Of a DNA stretch of 64,000 bases, positions 50,619 to 63,240 are shown one piece after another (positions within the stretch are counted from its first letter, which is position 1; each line of letters starts with the position of its first letter). The notes under the pieces are model-generated. The model had not been told where the DNA came from and made no database searches. It saw only the letters and a list, made by a program, of their open reading frames with translations. The stretch is from assembly GCA_011109175.1 (NCBI GenBank), contig RDEW01000042.1, positions 316,504 to 380,503 on the forward strand, written 5' to 3'. A program made the position numbers and the translations under genes. Source of the stretch: Dicyema japonicum. Its lineage: Eukaryota; Animalia; Dicyemida.

Positions 50619-51423
50619 TTAAATGTTAAATTGAACTCCGCAAGTTCCAAGTACATTATACTTGTTTTTATTGGCACTGCAGACTGAAATAACATTATTA
50701 ATTACGTAATTCACTTGTCCGCCTGCCGTTTTTTCTAAATATATTACTTTCGACATATACAATGTAATATTTTTGTGATTTAAATGTATACAAGATACTC
50801 CTACATATCTATACTAAATATAATATCATACGCCTCAGGATAATCGAATATATCAATGCAAACGATAGCACTATATTATTATTAATAAAAATACTCATAT
50901 ATATAAACATTGTAGGTAATAACTTTAAAAAATTGAATGACATTTATTCCTTGAGGAAAGTATCTACATTAATTACAAAAAATGTACACTTCGTTTAGTA
51001 ATGATAAATTTTCCGCAAATTCGATCGATATGAATCTGAGGGAATTACAGTTATCAAAAAATCTATTAATTTAAGAAAATATGTAACATTTCCTTAATAG
51101 TAGGTGGGAATGTTTGGTTGTCTACAGTTTTTAAACTTTCATCATAATCACATCGACTATGAATATTTAATAATAATTACAAATCATCTAACTTCATTCC
51201 CAATAATGAAAAGATGACATCAGAATCAAATTTAATATTTTGAACTTCTAATACAATTACTTTAAAATCTGGTAGGCCAGTTATCGAATATGTACAATTA
51301 ATCCAATATCTTAATAATTTATATTTAATACAGAGTAGTTGTACCTACTGTTAATTCGTTTGGGCAAATATTCTGTGATGTCAAAATATGGAAAGACAAG
51401 TTTAACACGAGAAAAGTGAACAT
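50619..51423 (-). CDS. Putative secreted leucine-rich-repeat-like protein, 9 exons, 204 aa (may be the intact 5' part of a longer decayed gene)
   Basis: ATG at 51423. GT-AG introns on the - strand at 51310-51331, 51157-51180, 51063-51087, 50964-50987, 50871-50894, 50809-50831, 50735-50760 and 50684-50705 (22-26 nt; seven are phase 2). The spliced 615 nt is open. It has a hydrophobic N-terminus MFTFLVLNLSFHILTS, a Cys-cap-like CPNE..YWINC, and LRR-like IKEIFFDNCNSLRFI / ENLSLLNEVYFP. Confidence 0.8.
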
Positions 51424-53279
51424 NTATCCTTAATATTATTCACAACCATTAGTTTATTCTGACTTAACCACTTTTCTTTTTTCAGGATCTGTAAACGTTT
51501 AAGAGGACATTTCCATAATGATTCTAATGACCGAATTAATTCTAAATCACATTAAGATATGTTTTTGAAAAAGAAAAAGTTTCTTGAGATCAATATGATA
51601 CTGGAGGTCTGCTTCAAGACGACTAGAATTTAATCAACAAATGCTTGGTTGAATGTTTATCAATGTGTTAAAATTGGCAACGTTCTGACGACGAGGCAGT
51701 GAGAAAAGCTGCTTCGCTCCGTTTTCACCTTAATTTTGTGTTAATGAAAATGCAGTTTTTTTCACAAAGGATTTCATATCAGTCCTTAGGGACATAAATT
51801 TATTCGGAACATCATGCCCGTATGTTCTCCATTGCCACACAACTGTGTTTAGATCAGGGGTCAGAATCAATTCGGTGCAAAAACATGTGATTGACTCAGC
51901 CAAGGAGGGAAACTTACAAGGGTCGACAGATATCAGAGAATTGTCAAATCGACAGAAGACCTCAAACCTATTCCCTCAAACCTGATGGGAATCTTTCTAG
52001 ATATCAGCCAATGCTATCAAATTAGATTTTGAAACTTTCTTCAGTTGTTCTTGTAAGTTTTACCAGAGATTTGTGGAAACAACTGGAACTTGATAGTGAG
52101 AAAATTATCTAGGAAACAAATATGTTATTATTCATTAAAAAAATTGAATGCACTACATGAAAATTAAGTTTTCTTTTCTCTAACAAATTAGTTCTGTCTT
52201 CTACAGGACAATGTCTGACACAAGGGAATAGCGATTTCTAGAGGGTAGATAATCGTGCATTTTTCCCAATCGTTACATTGTCTAAGAACCATATATTTAG
52301 CGGTCAATGTTAAGGGAAAGTTAGTTCTGTCTTCTACAGGACAATGTCTGACACAAGGGAATAGCGATTTCTAGAGGGTAGATAATCGTGCATTTTACCC
52401 AATCGTTACATTGTCTAAGAACCATATATTTAGCGGTCAATGTTAAGAGAAAGAGGTCCAAGGGAGTCACCTTGCTGCACACCAGTGAAGAGTCAACAAT
52501 GTGGTCTCCTAGATAAGCGAAGTCTTCATTCTTATTTTAGTAATTTCAGGAGCTAGTTTGCGCTCTCTAAAAAATATCTGGAGGTAGTAAACAAGCACGC
52601 TGAATTCATGTAGGCCTTACTGCCGTGAAGGACACCAACGCCCAGCAGGATTGGAGACATATATATTACTTGGGAGATATTGCAATCGACTCACTAACTA
52701 TTCAATTCCTTCGTCAAAAGTTGGAGAGCATGTTGTTGGAAATACCAACGCCCAGCAGGATTGGAGACATATATATTACTTGGGAGATATTGCAATCGAC
52801 TCACTAACTATTCAATTCCTTCGTCAAAAGTTGGAGAGCATGTTGTTTGAAATAGATACAGAATATGCACTAGGAGTTGGTTGGTTACAAAACCAATCAC
52901 CTGGTAGAATTACCAACTCAGTTCGATAACGTGACAGGCGATCCTGTTTAGGAGAAAACGGAAAGGTTTCAGATCAACGACTCTTCTTCTAAAGGAGTGA
53001 GGTCTCTAACTGAGTAGTAATATTCGTTTAATTTGGTTTTCCGTAAAAAACTAAAGTTTAGTCGTTGCTAAAATAACCAGGTCTTTTACGTACTTATTGG
53101 AAATGTTAATATTGATCAACGGTATTTTTATGGCTTAAATTTATTATTTCCGCATGAGAGTCGTTCTTGTTAAATGAAGAGAATGGGGTTCCAGAAAATT
53201 AGACAAAGAAGACATGTCATTAAATCAGTTTATTATTCTTAATTTTAAGTAAAGTTGTCCAGGCATTGAGCAAGCAATG

Positions 53280-53560
53280 GGAGTTACCTCTCATAATCGC
53301 GATCCCACTTTGTTGGAAAAGCCAAAGCGTAATTCACCCTTCATCGCATGCTGTCCGATTAAACTAATAAACTCAGATGCGCTCTGGCCAATAATGCCAG
53401 ACGTCTCAACCGAGATCGGCTGGAAAACGAACCAGCCCACGATGAAATGTTGCTTCTTCCATATCAATTTTGGTGCGGAACCCACGCTCAATGGTGACTT
53501 GAACAATTTCCTATCAGAGAAAGAGTTAGTGTATGTTGAATCCCAAGCAAGACATTAAAT
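53280..53560 (-). mobile_element. CRE-like REL endonuclease C-terminal fragment
   Basis: FQPISVETSGIIG..ASEFISLIG. Confidence 0.7.
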
Positions 53561-54044
53561 AGGAATATGGACTGGAAACAATTTTTCTGCGGAACCCACG
53601 CTCAATGGTGACTTGAACAATTTCTTATCAGAGAAAGAGTTCGTGTATGTTGAATCCCAAGTAAGACATTAAATAGGAATATGGACTGGAAAGTCCAAAA
53701 CATTAAATAGGGATATGGACATTAAAATTATTAAACTAGAAAAGAACGTCATTACCAGAATGAAAAAATTCAGGTGATTTCACCCTCCCTCAGTGGTTTT
53801 TGCATATTCAAACTTGAAGGAGGAACCCCCCCTGGATGGTTGTTGACTTATGGTCTTTTTCGGAAATAAATAATGATTATATCTGGAGCCACCAGAGATG
53901 GTGAACCACATTACGCATGATTACAATTCAAGCTTCTTGGTACCGAAGAGAAGAGAAAGAAAAGAAAAAACAAACAAACAATCTTCATATTATCACGTTT
54001 ACAATCCCCATCTCCAATATAGATCCTTTCAACAAATTTGCCGT

Positions 54045-54155
54045 GCCAAAGGAACTCATCTCGTCACTGGTGGAATCTTCTTGTCGAGAATTGGCCTTCA
54101 CTGAAAAGTCCATCGATCTGATTCGAACCCACGACTTTCAGATCCCTTCCGGTAT
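54045..54155 (-). mobile_element. Diverged tRNA-SINE remnant
   Basis: ctgaaagtcgtgggttcgaatc (B box) followed by gtgaagg...tgacgag, as in the other SINE bodies. Confidence 0.45.
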
Positions 54156-56389
54156 ATAATTCCTACCTCGTTCAATATTTTTATTTGTTAATTTAATAAA
54201 TCTTTAATTAATTAAAAACTTTTTGTTAAGTATATTATAATCATTTATTCTGATAAATAATATTATTATTATTATTAGCGGCACTTGTCTATATTCCACT
54301 CTTCTTTTTATAGTTAGTTATTTAAGTAACCCCAGCCTCACTAGTTAGTTATTTCACAAAAGCCACAATATTTATTGCTCAGCATATGCAAGACAGCCTT
54401 TATCTCCCTTATCCAGAATAAGCTCCATACTCAGATGTCTGCTGAGTATTGTGATCCGATGACGCAACTGGAAGGAAGAAAGAGAAATTTTTAATTAAAT
54501 ATCCACATGGCGCCACGCGGGCATCCGAATTCTTTGTCCAGAAATGAGCATGGGATTTGACTCAGAAATAAAAACAAATATATGTTTTTATGTCGAAAAC
54601 TCATAATTTATTAAAAATACCATCAACAAATAAATCTTAATTTGACTTCCAACAGTAATTAATTCACCTGAGACCGTTCACCTTAGAGACTCACCGTTGT
54701 TGGTAAGTAAAAGTCAATAATTCTATTGAGCAAGACCACGAATAGCTCATTAAATCTACCAAGCTTACTTAAAAGTTAAACAAAATTATAATTCTACCCA
54801 TTGTGAGTTCCACTCATAGTTAGTGGTAGTCATCAATACCCATTATCAAATTAAGTTGAAGTTTTAAGATTGAGTAGAAATGTAAATTCAGATAATCCGA
54901 TGCATTAATGGTCTTCCTAAAATCCTTTTGTAGCTCAAAAATGCTTTATTTGGTCTAAAAGCAGATGCTACATCTATATTTGTTCTTTTAAAGTGCTTTA
55001 ACTTCAGGAATAAGTGATTAATCGTTATTCCAATCTAATAGACTATGCATAGTTGAGAACTATGATAACCACGGGTACCTATTTCTTGCTGGAAAAGAAA
55101 CTCAAGGAAATGTAGAGCTTTTATGCACTGAGCCCTATTACGTCGTTATTATTGAAGATAAATGAAAATTTGAGATTCCATCAGGTAATGTGACTAATAT
55201 CACTAAAATCGGATAAACAAACAAATCCAACGGTCATGATTTACTAATTCCCAAAACATAATGTATGTGTTACATAAGTGTAGAGACTGTTCATCGAAAA
55301 TGACAGCTCAGGATTTCTCGATGAAATTAAAAAAGCGTGCGAAAAAAGTTTGAATTTTATTTTTTCCAGACCAACCTATCTCGGAGCTAAAATAATGACT
55401 CCCATTCTCCATGGAGTTGTAGTATCCAGGAATAATAATCTCCCATAGGTGAACAGAATAACACCACATATTACATCAATGATGACCATTGATATATATC
55501 CCTTGAATTACAATAAAAAGAGATATGTCAGTTCACTGTTCGATTAATACTATTCATTACCACCAATGAACCAGAAAATCCATTTATCTTTAGTAGAGAC
55601 ATTTCTATTACAAGCTCATCCATCACCTCGACAGAACAAAATGACTCCGGCAAATAATTTATACTAGTCTCGAGAGAAGAACATTCCACTCAAAGCTCAC
55701 TTCCCACAACGGAATATAGTTAATCTGCTGGTAAATAGAAAAACCATATGAAGAGCTAAACTCTCTCACCACAAACGAAACAAAATGAATCTACCAAAGA
55801 ACCCAACAATCATTCATTAAAGAACACAAACATTCTAACCAAATTCACCAACATTCTAACCCATTTCGCTTCCATCGAAAATTCACATAATAAAACCAAA
55901 AAACTATGTTTCATGTTAATATTTAGAAAAGTGAGATAATATTGTCAAACTATTTTTTTTGAATCACTTCTACCTGTTTTATCGTCCAGTCTTCAATGTT
56001 TAACTTGTTATATCTTTATTCGATCAACTAATCATTAAAAAGGATTAATTTTAGTCACCTCTTGTATAACTCTAATCTTTTATTCCTGATTTTCCGTGTT
56101 TATGTGTTTAAGTAGAGTAGTAATAGTGCCGAACAGTAAAATCGTATATGAAATGTTATAGCTTCTGAAAACTCAGGGAATTTAAGAATTAGATATTTCT
56201 CATTTTTCAATTACAAAAAAGCTCTCAAATCGCGGAAAAAATATCCATCTGAATAGCGTTGTCTAACAAGAGCGTAATAGCAGTTTGCTAGCAATCGAAC
56301 ATTGTTATTAATTAGAACTCTCGAAAAATTATAAATTAATTGTTTTCCTTTTGCAACGTTTAGTTACCACACATCCTCTTCCAAGCTGG

Positions 56390-56700
56390 TTCCTCATTTA
56401 ATTTGTAACACAACAATTCTATCCGAGACGGACCACAACCGGGATATGCCATCGTAAATTGAGGGATGGATTGCAATTCCAAGTCCATTTTTACTACAGG
56501 TTGTTGGGAAGGTAATCAGACAGTAAATTCCTATTTGAAGTATTCCGTTGTCTCCTATAGTCAACACGTGGAAAGCTTGCACCATTCCAGATCTCATGTG
56601 CGCTGATGTTTTTATACATAGAATCGATATTTGCTGTCTCCACCAATTATGTAACAAAACGTTTTGGCATTTTCATAATTTTGCTGCTCTGCGTCATAAA
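56390..56700 (-). mobile_element. RTE-type APE endonuclease fragment
   Basis: KNGLGIAI...SVSDRIVVLQI. Confidence 0.6.
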
Positions 56701-57469
56701 TATAGTACTTTCCATTAAAACAGTCAAAATTGTATCTCCTAGCTACTTTAACATTGGGCATGTCTTCTTGTCCATTTTATATACGAACAACACACATCTT
56801 CCATTTTCTAATCTAATATNAAAAAACTATAAATAAATTATTGTGGAAACCAAAATCATCCTAATTCTTGGACTTCATGTCTGAAAAGTTTACGGTTTGT
56901 AGATATTTATTAGCAAAGTTCATTTTTCCTTTTGTAGTAGTTTTGAGTTAGGTTATAAAAAAATTCAATATCTTTTCCTAGTGATTAAGGAAGATCCTTT
57001 GAGTAAAATGCAACTCTAATGACATTCTCCAATCGTACGGAGGAAGTGTTAACCAGGGGGCTTGAAAGTGGAACGTTCTAAAGGCTATCATAAAGAAGAG
57101 CCACCTTCTACCTGCAGTTTGTATCAGTAAACTCAACTTACAAATAATTGTGACGACATTTGAATATGCCTGTTCTATCTGATATGCTATTCACACTTCG
57201 ACGGTCGATGTAATAATTTATCTCAGGCGGAAAATCATGCGGCATATTCAATCTGACAACATTTCCACTCAAATCTCCTTTCAGAGGCGGTACGTTAAGA
57301 AATGACCGAGGTTTAAATAAAAAAATTTTTTTAAAGTCCCATAAAAAAAAGTTGCACGCTATGTCATTGAATTATTTAGACTAAATTTAATTATAAATTA
57401 AAATAATAATTATTCAAAAATCGCCCTTCGTTGAGAGACACTGGTCTAGATGATGCGACCCCAGTCAAT

Positions 57470-58190
57470 TATGAAATGGATGTTTATTTTGAGTCATCGA
57501 CCAATGAAACGTAGTATGCAGCTTACTGCTACCAGAAGCGCTGAAAGCACCCGAATCCCAAATGAAACAGGAAGAATACTATAAAATCATATGTGAAGAT
57601 AAATTTTTCGAGACTACTTAAAAATATGAATAAACAACGAGGTGCCTGTCTGATCGCTGGTAGATCTGAAAGAAACGGAGCTTGGATTGAAGATTTCTTG
57701 ATTTGAAACATTGTCTCCACATGCAGAAGTGTGGGAAGATTCTCGCGGCTCTAAGTTGAATATTGTTGTGAACCACGCAATGTAGTCTGCTGGACGCCCT
57801 TCCATACTGAAATCCATTGTGCTAGACAAGGGAGACGGAAAGTGATCGAACGAATCTTTCCGTCTAAGCAGGGTGAACTGTTGATTTGGAATACTACATG
57901 TGTCGACCCTGTCCCCCATCAACATAATCAAGAGCGTAGTAAGACACTCTCCGTCACAAGGAAAGCAGGAAGAACTAAAGAAAATAAGCATAGAGAACTT
58001 CTCGACCAATATACCTTTCTCACGATGGCTACAGAGACAACCGGAGCGATAAACAGTAAGTACCTGGTCTTCTTCAAGAATCTCTGACATATTGTTTCTT
58101 TCAGATGATAACCGCGAAACGTAATGGCTCATCCAGTTAGTCTCCATAGCGCTCCAGGGGAGAAACGCCTCACCATAAAGTTGGCGGGAA
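57470..58190 (+). mobile_element. CRE-like non-LTR C-terminal REL domain
   Basis: FPSKQGELLIWNTTCVD, KENKH, FLTMATETTGAI, VSIALQGRNA. Confidence 0.78.
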
Positions 58191-59209
58191 TGAAATAATT
58201 ACTAACAGTTATCTTAATCATGCAAGAACATATTGTCAAAATTTCTTCTCGTTTGCCCAAAATCTACTCAGCCCTTCTAACGAAAAGTCATCTTTAACGA
58301 ATTTTACCAGTACCGTCGTCAGGTCAGCTTGGAACCAGCATTGCTCTAAACACACTCTACTTCCGGTGATTAAAAATCCCAAAATACTTGGTTTGATGTT
58401 TGATACTTCATTTTCAAAAAATGACGCTATATCTGCAAAAGTCCTGACCGTGGCAGGTACGTCATTTTGCCTAGCAAAGAGAGCTTGACGATCATCAACT
58501 GACAATTTATCAAACAATGAACTATACTGTCCTCTTAGGGTCCACGATTATCTAAGTTCTCCGAGTATACAAACAACTTAAAACTTTGCTCAGAGAATAA
58601 TTACTGCTAAAGGCAGCATTCTATTAAATATATGCTAACTTTGATAGCATAAAAGGAATAGGTCTCAACTAAATTGAAAAATGATTTATCCGAAAAAACA
58701 GACTTTATTTTTCATAAAAACTACCAAACCTTGACCTCTAGTCGACAAATCTCTTTGTCATTAAATATATAAATCTCTAGTTGAGTTTTTCTCACCTTAA
58801 ACGATTAGTGTATTTTTCTCAGAATAATTTTCTTAATACAAAGTTAACCACGATGATATTGAATGCTCAATGTTTTCTGGTCAGTTTAAAAAAACTTTCA
58901 GCGCCTTTGTTTCTGAAAGACTAATCTCTGATGCTGTTCTAAGTTACTTCTTAACTACTAGAGATGGTGATTTCTTCGCTCTCTATCTGTCCTGATAGAA
59001 AATTCAAGGCTTATAAGAACTTGCTTATGATTTATATAGGAGACAACATGACACATTAAATCAAGGAACACTCATGAACTTTAAATGTGGAACCCACATT
59101 TGCTAAAAATTAGTAACTTATTTAAAACAAATTGGTGGAGTGAGTAATCAATTAAATATTAAATTATTTTTATATTTAAAAATCAGCAAATTTAATAATA
59201 CAATTTAAA

Positions 59210-59770
59210 ACGATCCTTCTGGTCGTGACACTGCTAAAATTGGGAGGGAAGAGAATTGCCGTTCAGCAAATGGCAAAATATATTGGGTCAGACTTTCGAT
59301 ACGACATCAACTTTTCGAGACATGTCATTAACGTGCTGAACAAGTGTGAGAAGAAAATCAATCTTCTGAAATGACTAACAGGTCTATGGAAAATTGGACA
59401 TCACCCTATACTTAAAACGCTCCACTCACAGTACATCGAATTATGCATTTCATATGCGTGTACTTCATGGGGACCACTGGTTTCTTATACGAACATCCAG
59501 AAAATCTCCGCAACCCAGTATGGGGCCTTCAAGCTAACGGATAGATGTTACACAGGGGAAAACATTAAATCACCGACGCCCATGAAGAAACTAATCGAAA
59601 AAAACAGGAATGGACACCAATGCCAAAAAGAAAGTGCTCGTCCGCAACGTACTTGTTTAGGCTCAAGGGATCAACACCGAGAAAAGATGAGAGCTTTGAT
59701 CCAATTCGTCGGGATCACTTAGTTTAGTTTTTTTCGGTTTAACAGTGGTCTTTGGAATTGATTTAATTAA
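59210..59770 (+). mobile_element. APE-type non-LTR 3' portion, related to 29700-30400
   Basis: KILGQTFD, LNKCEKKINLLK, YIELCISYACTSW, RPQRTCLGS..REKMRALIQFVGIT*. Confidence 0.85.
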
Positions 59771-60399
59771 AAAAATGTTGCTATAACAGTGATGACTTTA
59801 ATGGAGATAATATAACATGTGCTTTCTTCGAGACATGTCGATATCTCTTGGAACGCTTCATAACACGTTGACAAAACAATAAAATACATGTCAAAAACAG
59901 TCTCACTTTATAATCAGCGAAATAGTTTAAAATAAAAATTGGATTAAGGAAATTTTAAAATACCGAGCTCACATGTTTCGAGAAAAGATCCTAGCTATAG
60001 GAGACATAACTATATTTTATACAAACTGAAATTTACACAATTCTTGAGTATTCGTAGGCAATTATTGCTATATAACATATCCGGTAACGTGAGAGACCTT
60101 GTACACCATTTCTGGAGATATTTCAATCAATCTATTGGTTGAGTGTTTTCCGACTATTTGAAGGAATAAGTCAAAGCATATTCAATTGAAGTAGAACACA
60201 TCGAAATTCTTAAGTTTTTGTAATTGTGCATAGACGCCAAATTTATTAGAGCGAGTAGGGATCACACGATTTGTTAGTCTGGGTTTACTTGGTTCTTGAA
60301 AAATGCTTCATTTCATTTGACGAAAAAAAACAATTTTCAAAAATAGCACAAGTCAATCCACAAGAATAATACAAGAAAAGATGAAAATAAAGATCGATG

Positions 60400-60630
60400 C
60401 TATATCAACCAATATCATAATAATCCGGCTCTTCTTCCAGTACGAGGCTGTGAATGGCCATGCTATTTCTCCTAACAATAGCCAACGAGATACTTTCTCG
60501 AAACCAACAAGTCTCTCGCGGATCCTTGGTCACAGCTTGGATCATGGAGCCGATCTTACGAAGCAACTCATCTGCTTGGACGCCAAGGATTCCTGACGTT
60601 TCCACCGCGAATGGAACAAAAAGCCGATGA
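60400..60630 (-). mobile_element. CRE-like REL C-terminal fragment
   Basis: FVPFAVETSGILG...DPRETCWFRESISLAIVRRNS. Confidence 0.85.
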
Positions 60631-61152
60631 AATTTTGATAGATCTAATTACTTTTAATAGTGAATTTTAAAATAATTAAAAATAAATTTGCAACTTCGGT
60701 TAATTAAAAAATTGATTTTAAATCACTATTAAATTGGTGGACCTTTCCAAAGAGACCAGTTTTGGCATACCAAGATGGAGGCTATTTGGAAACATTTTTC
60801 GTCTGAACCTAGTGACCGTCGCAAACGTGACCATAGAGGATTATTTTGTTCTGAACGTCTTGCGTTTCCGTGATCGATCAAGGGCGATTCTACCTACCGT
60901 ACATAGCTAAGATCTTCAGGAAATCAAGAGACGCCTCAATGACAAGGAAAACATCTATGGACTAATAGACGAAACAAAGAATCGCCAGATTTTGAAGAAG
61001 TTAACTAAGTCATTTTATCTCTCGTGTTGTATATTCTTTGTAACGTCCTATGACATAACGTCTTTTTTTCAATCATCTGAATTTTTATTGATACAAAATA
61101 AACAAAAACTTCTTACCGAATGGACAGCAACGGGATTCGTATCATGAACTAN

Positions 61153-61247
61153 TCCTCACCTTTGTCGGTCTGGGATCACTTAGTTAGATGAGAACTTTTA
61201 TTTTTTTCTTTTTTACCCAGTGATCCTGGGGTAATAATAATAATAAT
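61153..61247 (+). mobile_element. Non-LTR 3' terminus with hairpin and (AAT)n
   Basis: FVGLGSLS / GIT*; acccagtgatcctggggt(aat)5; inverted copy at 62570-62665. Confidence 0.8.
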
Positions 61248-61999
61248 GTCGGATAATCAAAAGACCTTTTCAAGGTCGAAAAAATGTAACAGGCTGCCCA
61301 TGCGTTACGCGCCGCCCATTGTGACAAAATAACGCAAAATCAATAAACTTCGACCTCGATTTAGAACACAAAGCGTTCTAAAAAACCGAGATTGTTCATA
61401 AAATTACGGTTTTAAACCTAAAAGTTAATCTCTTCTTCATTCAATAATTCTTCTATGAATTCTGATACGTTTTTTATCGCTTTGATCATAAAGATTGTTT
61501 CTTTGTCCTTTTTAATGAGTGGGCCAATAACTGCTACATTTTTTAGTCTCAAATGCTAAAATAAATCGGGAACCTTTGAATCTAACAAATTAAAAGTATC
61601 TTCTTGAACAGATGTTCCCACAAATCTCAAGTGAATCTTTATCTTTTATATGGAGCTATTGTTCCAATAGCTAAAAATAAATAAATAATAATTGTCTGAA
61701 ATGTTGTGCTAATAATTTGTGAGAATATATTTTTTTCGATAGCGAAAAGTCATTTCAAGTATTTTTCGGGAATTAGGCTCAATGCTACAAGGATAATTGA
61801 GTCACTTGAATCTTCATTTAAATTAAAATAACCCATAATTAATTAATTTTCTTCCAAATAATTTTTGTATTTGTGTACATTTTTTGTATTTATATAGTTT
61901 TTTTACCAAAAGGATATCTTTTGGAGTTGATTCTACTTATGTTCAATTGCATGAGTATATTTAATAAAAATATATCATTATCGTGTGCAACGATCTATT

Positions 62000-62310
62000 C
62001 TTCCAAAATTACAACATCGATGTACTCAAATGGGTAGAGACTGACATTCACTAGAAGGAATAATCGTAAAAACACAGATTGGCGTTCTTTGGGCATGTTA
62101 TCCGCTCTGATTCACTGGAAAGAACCATTTATGCTGAGCAATATACTGGGAAGAGAAGACCTTGGCGACAAGGACTCGGTGGCTATCCACGGTGGAAGAC
62201 GTCACGGGAATGCCTATATCATGGCTACTCCAAATTGCAACGGATGGGGAGAGTGGAGAAACTCGTTCATGAGATCTCCAAGGTCGGAAACGAGTTAATC
62301 GGACAACATA
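62000..62310 (+). mobile_element. RTE 3' fragment
   Basis: LAFFGHVIRSDSLERTI..GKRRP. Confidence 0.75.
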
Positions 62311-62569
62311 ACATAACGATCCATTCTATAACCCAGAAACGTATGATGTTATATTTAGTATAGACATAAGGCACTACCTGGTTCTTCTATAAATCTTTAA
62401 AATAATAAACTTGTATGTGTTCGAAAGAATATATTTTGGAGAGACAGCACGCCGACGTATATAACATGTATTTAATAATGTTATATCAGACTGCAGTCCC
62501 ATTGCGGAAAGGAACAATGTAGTTGGCATTTGCGGAGTTTAATACTAACATTTAAACTCACTAGATCGG

Positions 62570-63240
62570 TTATTATTATTATTACCCCCAGGACACTGGG
62601 TCAAAGAGAAAGAAATAAAAGTTCTCATCTAACTAAGTGATCCCAGACCGACAAATGTGAGGACGAGTCCGGCGGGGTCGAAAATCCTGAACAGCTCTTC
62701 TCATTGGAAATGGCATCGGCTCAAAATTTCTGCGGATGTCTCAGTGGAGAATTCTTCAATTTGGAAAACATGAAAGCAACGCTCGTATCTTAGACGAAAT
62801 GTAAAGAACCTGCAGCATTTGACCATTGGTAGATTCATTCCTGTCTTCTTACCATAGCGGCTTCGTATGGGCAGATTGACTTTGAAAGTTGCGTGGAGCC
62901 AAAAATTGATGAGCGCAATGGTCCAAAGGTTCCTTTTGATGACGACCATTTTTGAGATCGACGTGTTAAAGGGTGTCGACTGGGGAAATATAGGAATTTG
63001 TCACAAGTTCTTGAAAACTTCCTTAATAGTTGCACAGTCAGGCGAACTAAGACACTCCTAACCGACACGTACCTAGATGTGAGGATCAGGGAACCTCCTA
63101 AAACGATTCGTGACAAACTTTAAGAATTGTCTCACTGAACAAGATCAAAAAAATCTGGTTTGCTAGTAAAGTGCTCGATGTGATAAGTGTCGTCTATATA
63201 AAGGAACCAGACTTTTGTGTAACAAACAAATATCCTCGAG
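62570..63240 (-). mobile_element. APE-type non-LTR 3' portion with terminal hairpin and (AAT)n
   Basis: IVLGGSLIL..YVSVRSVL, ICPYEAAM; the 3' end has the same architecture as 61153-61247. Confidence 0.75.

Noticed and set aside
8542-51423. Alternative genetic code (TAA/TAG=Gln, as in some tiny-intron ciliates) explaining the stops
   Set aside because: MOB4 ends at TAA at the expected C-terminal position with no internal TAA/TAG, and the broken genes also carry frameshifts that a code change cannot explain.
58236-58517. 93-aa minus-strand ORF as a host gene
   Set aside because: The plus strand carries RT domain 6-7 motifs (SNEKSSL..KNPKILGLMFD), so the ORF is probably its antisense shadow.
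61153-62665. Terminal inverted repeats of a DNA transposon
   Set aside because: The inverted pair is two independent LINE 3' ends facing each other; the right copy continues into RT sequence.
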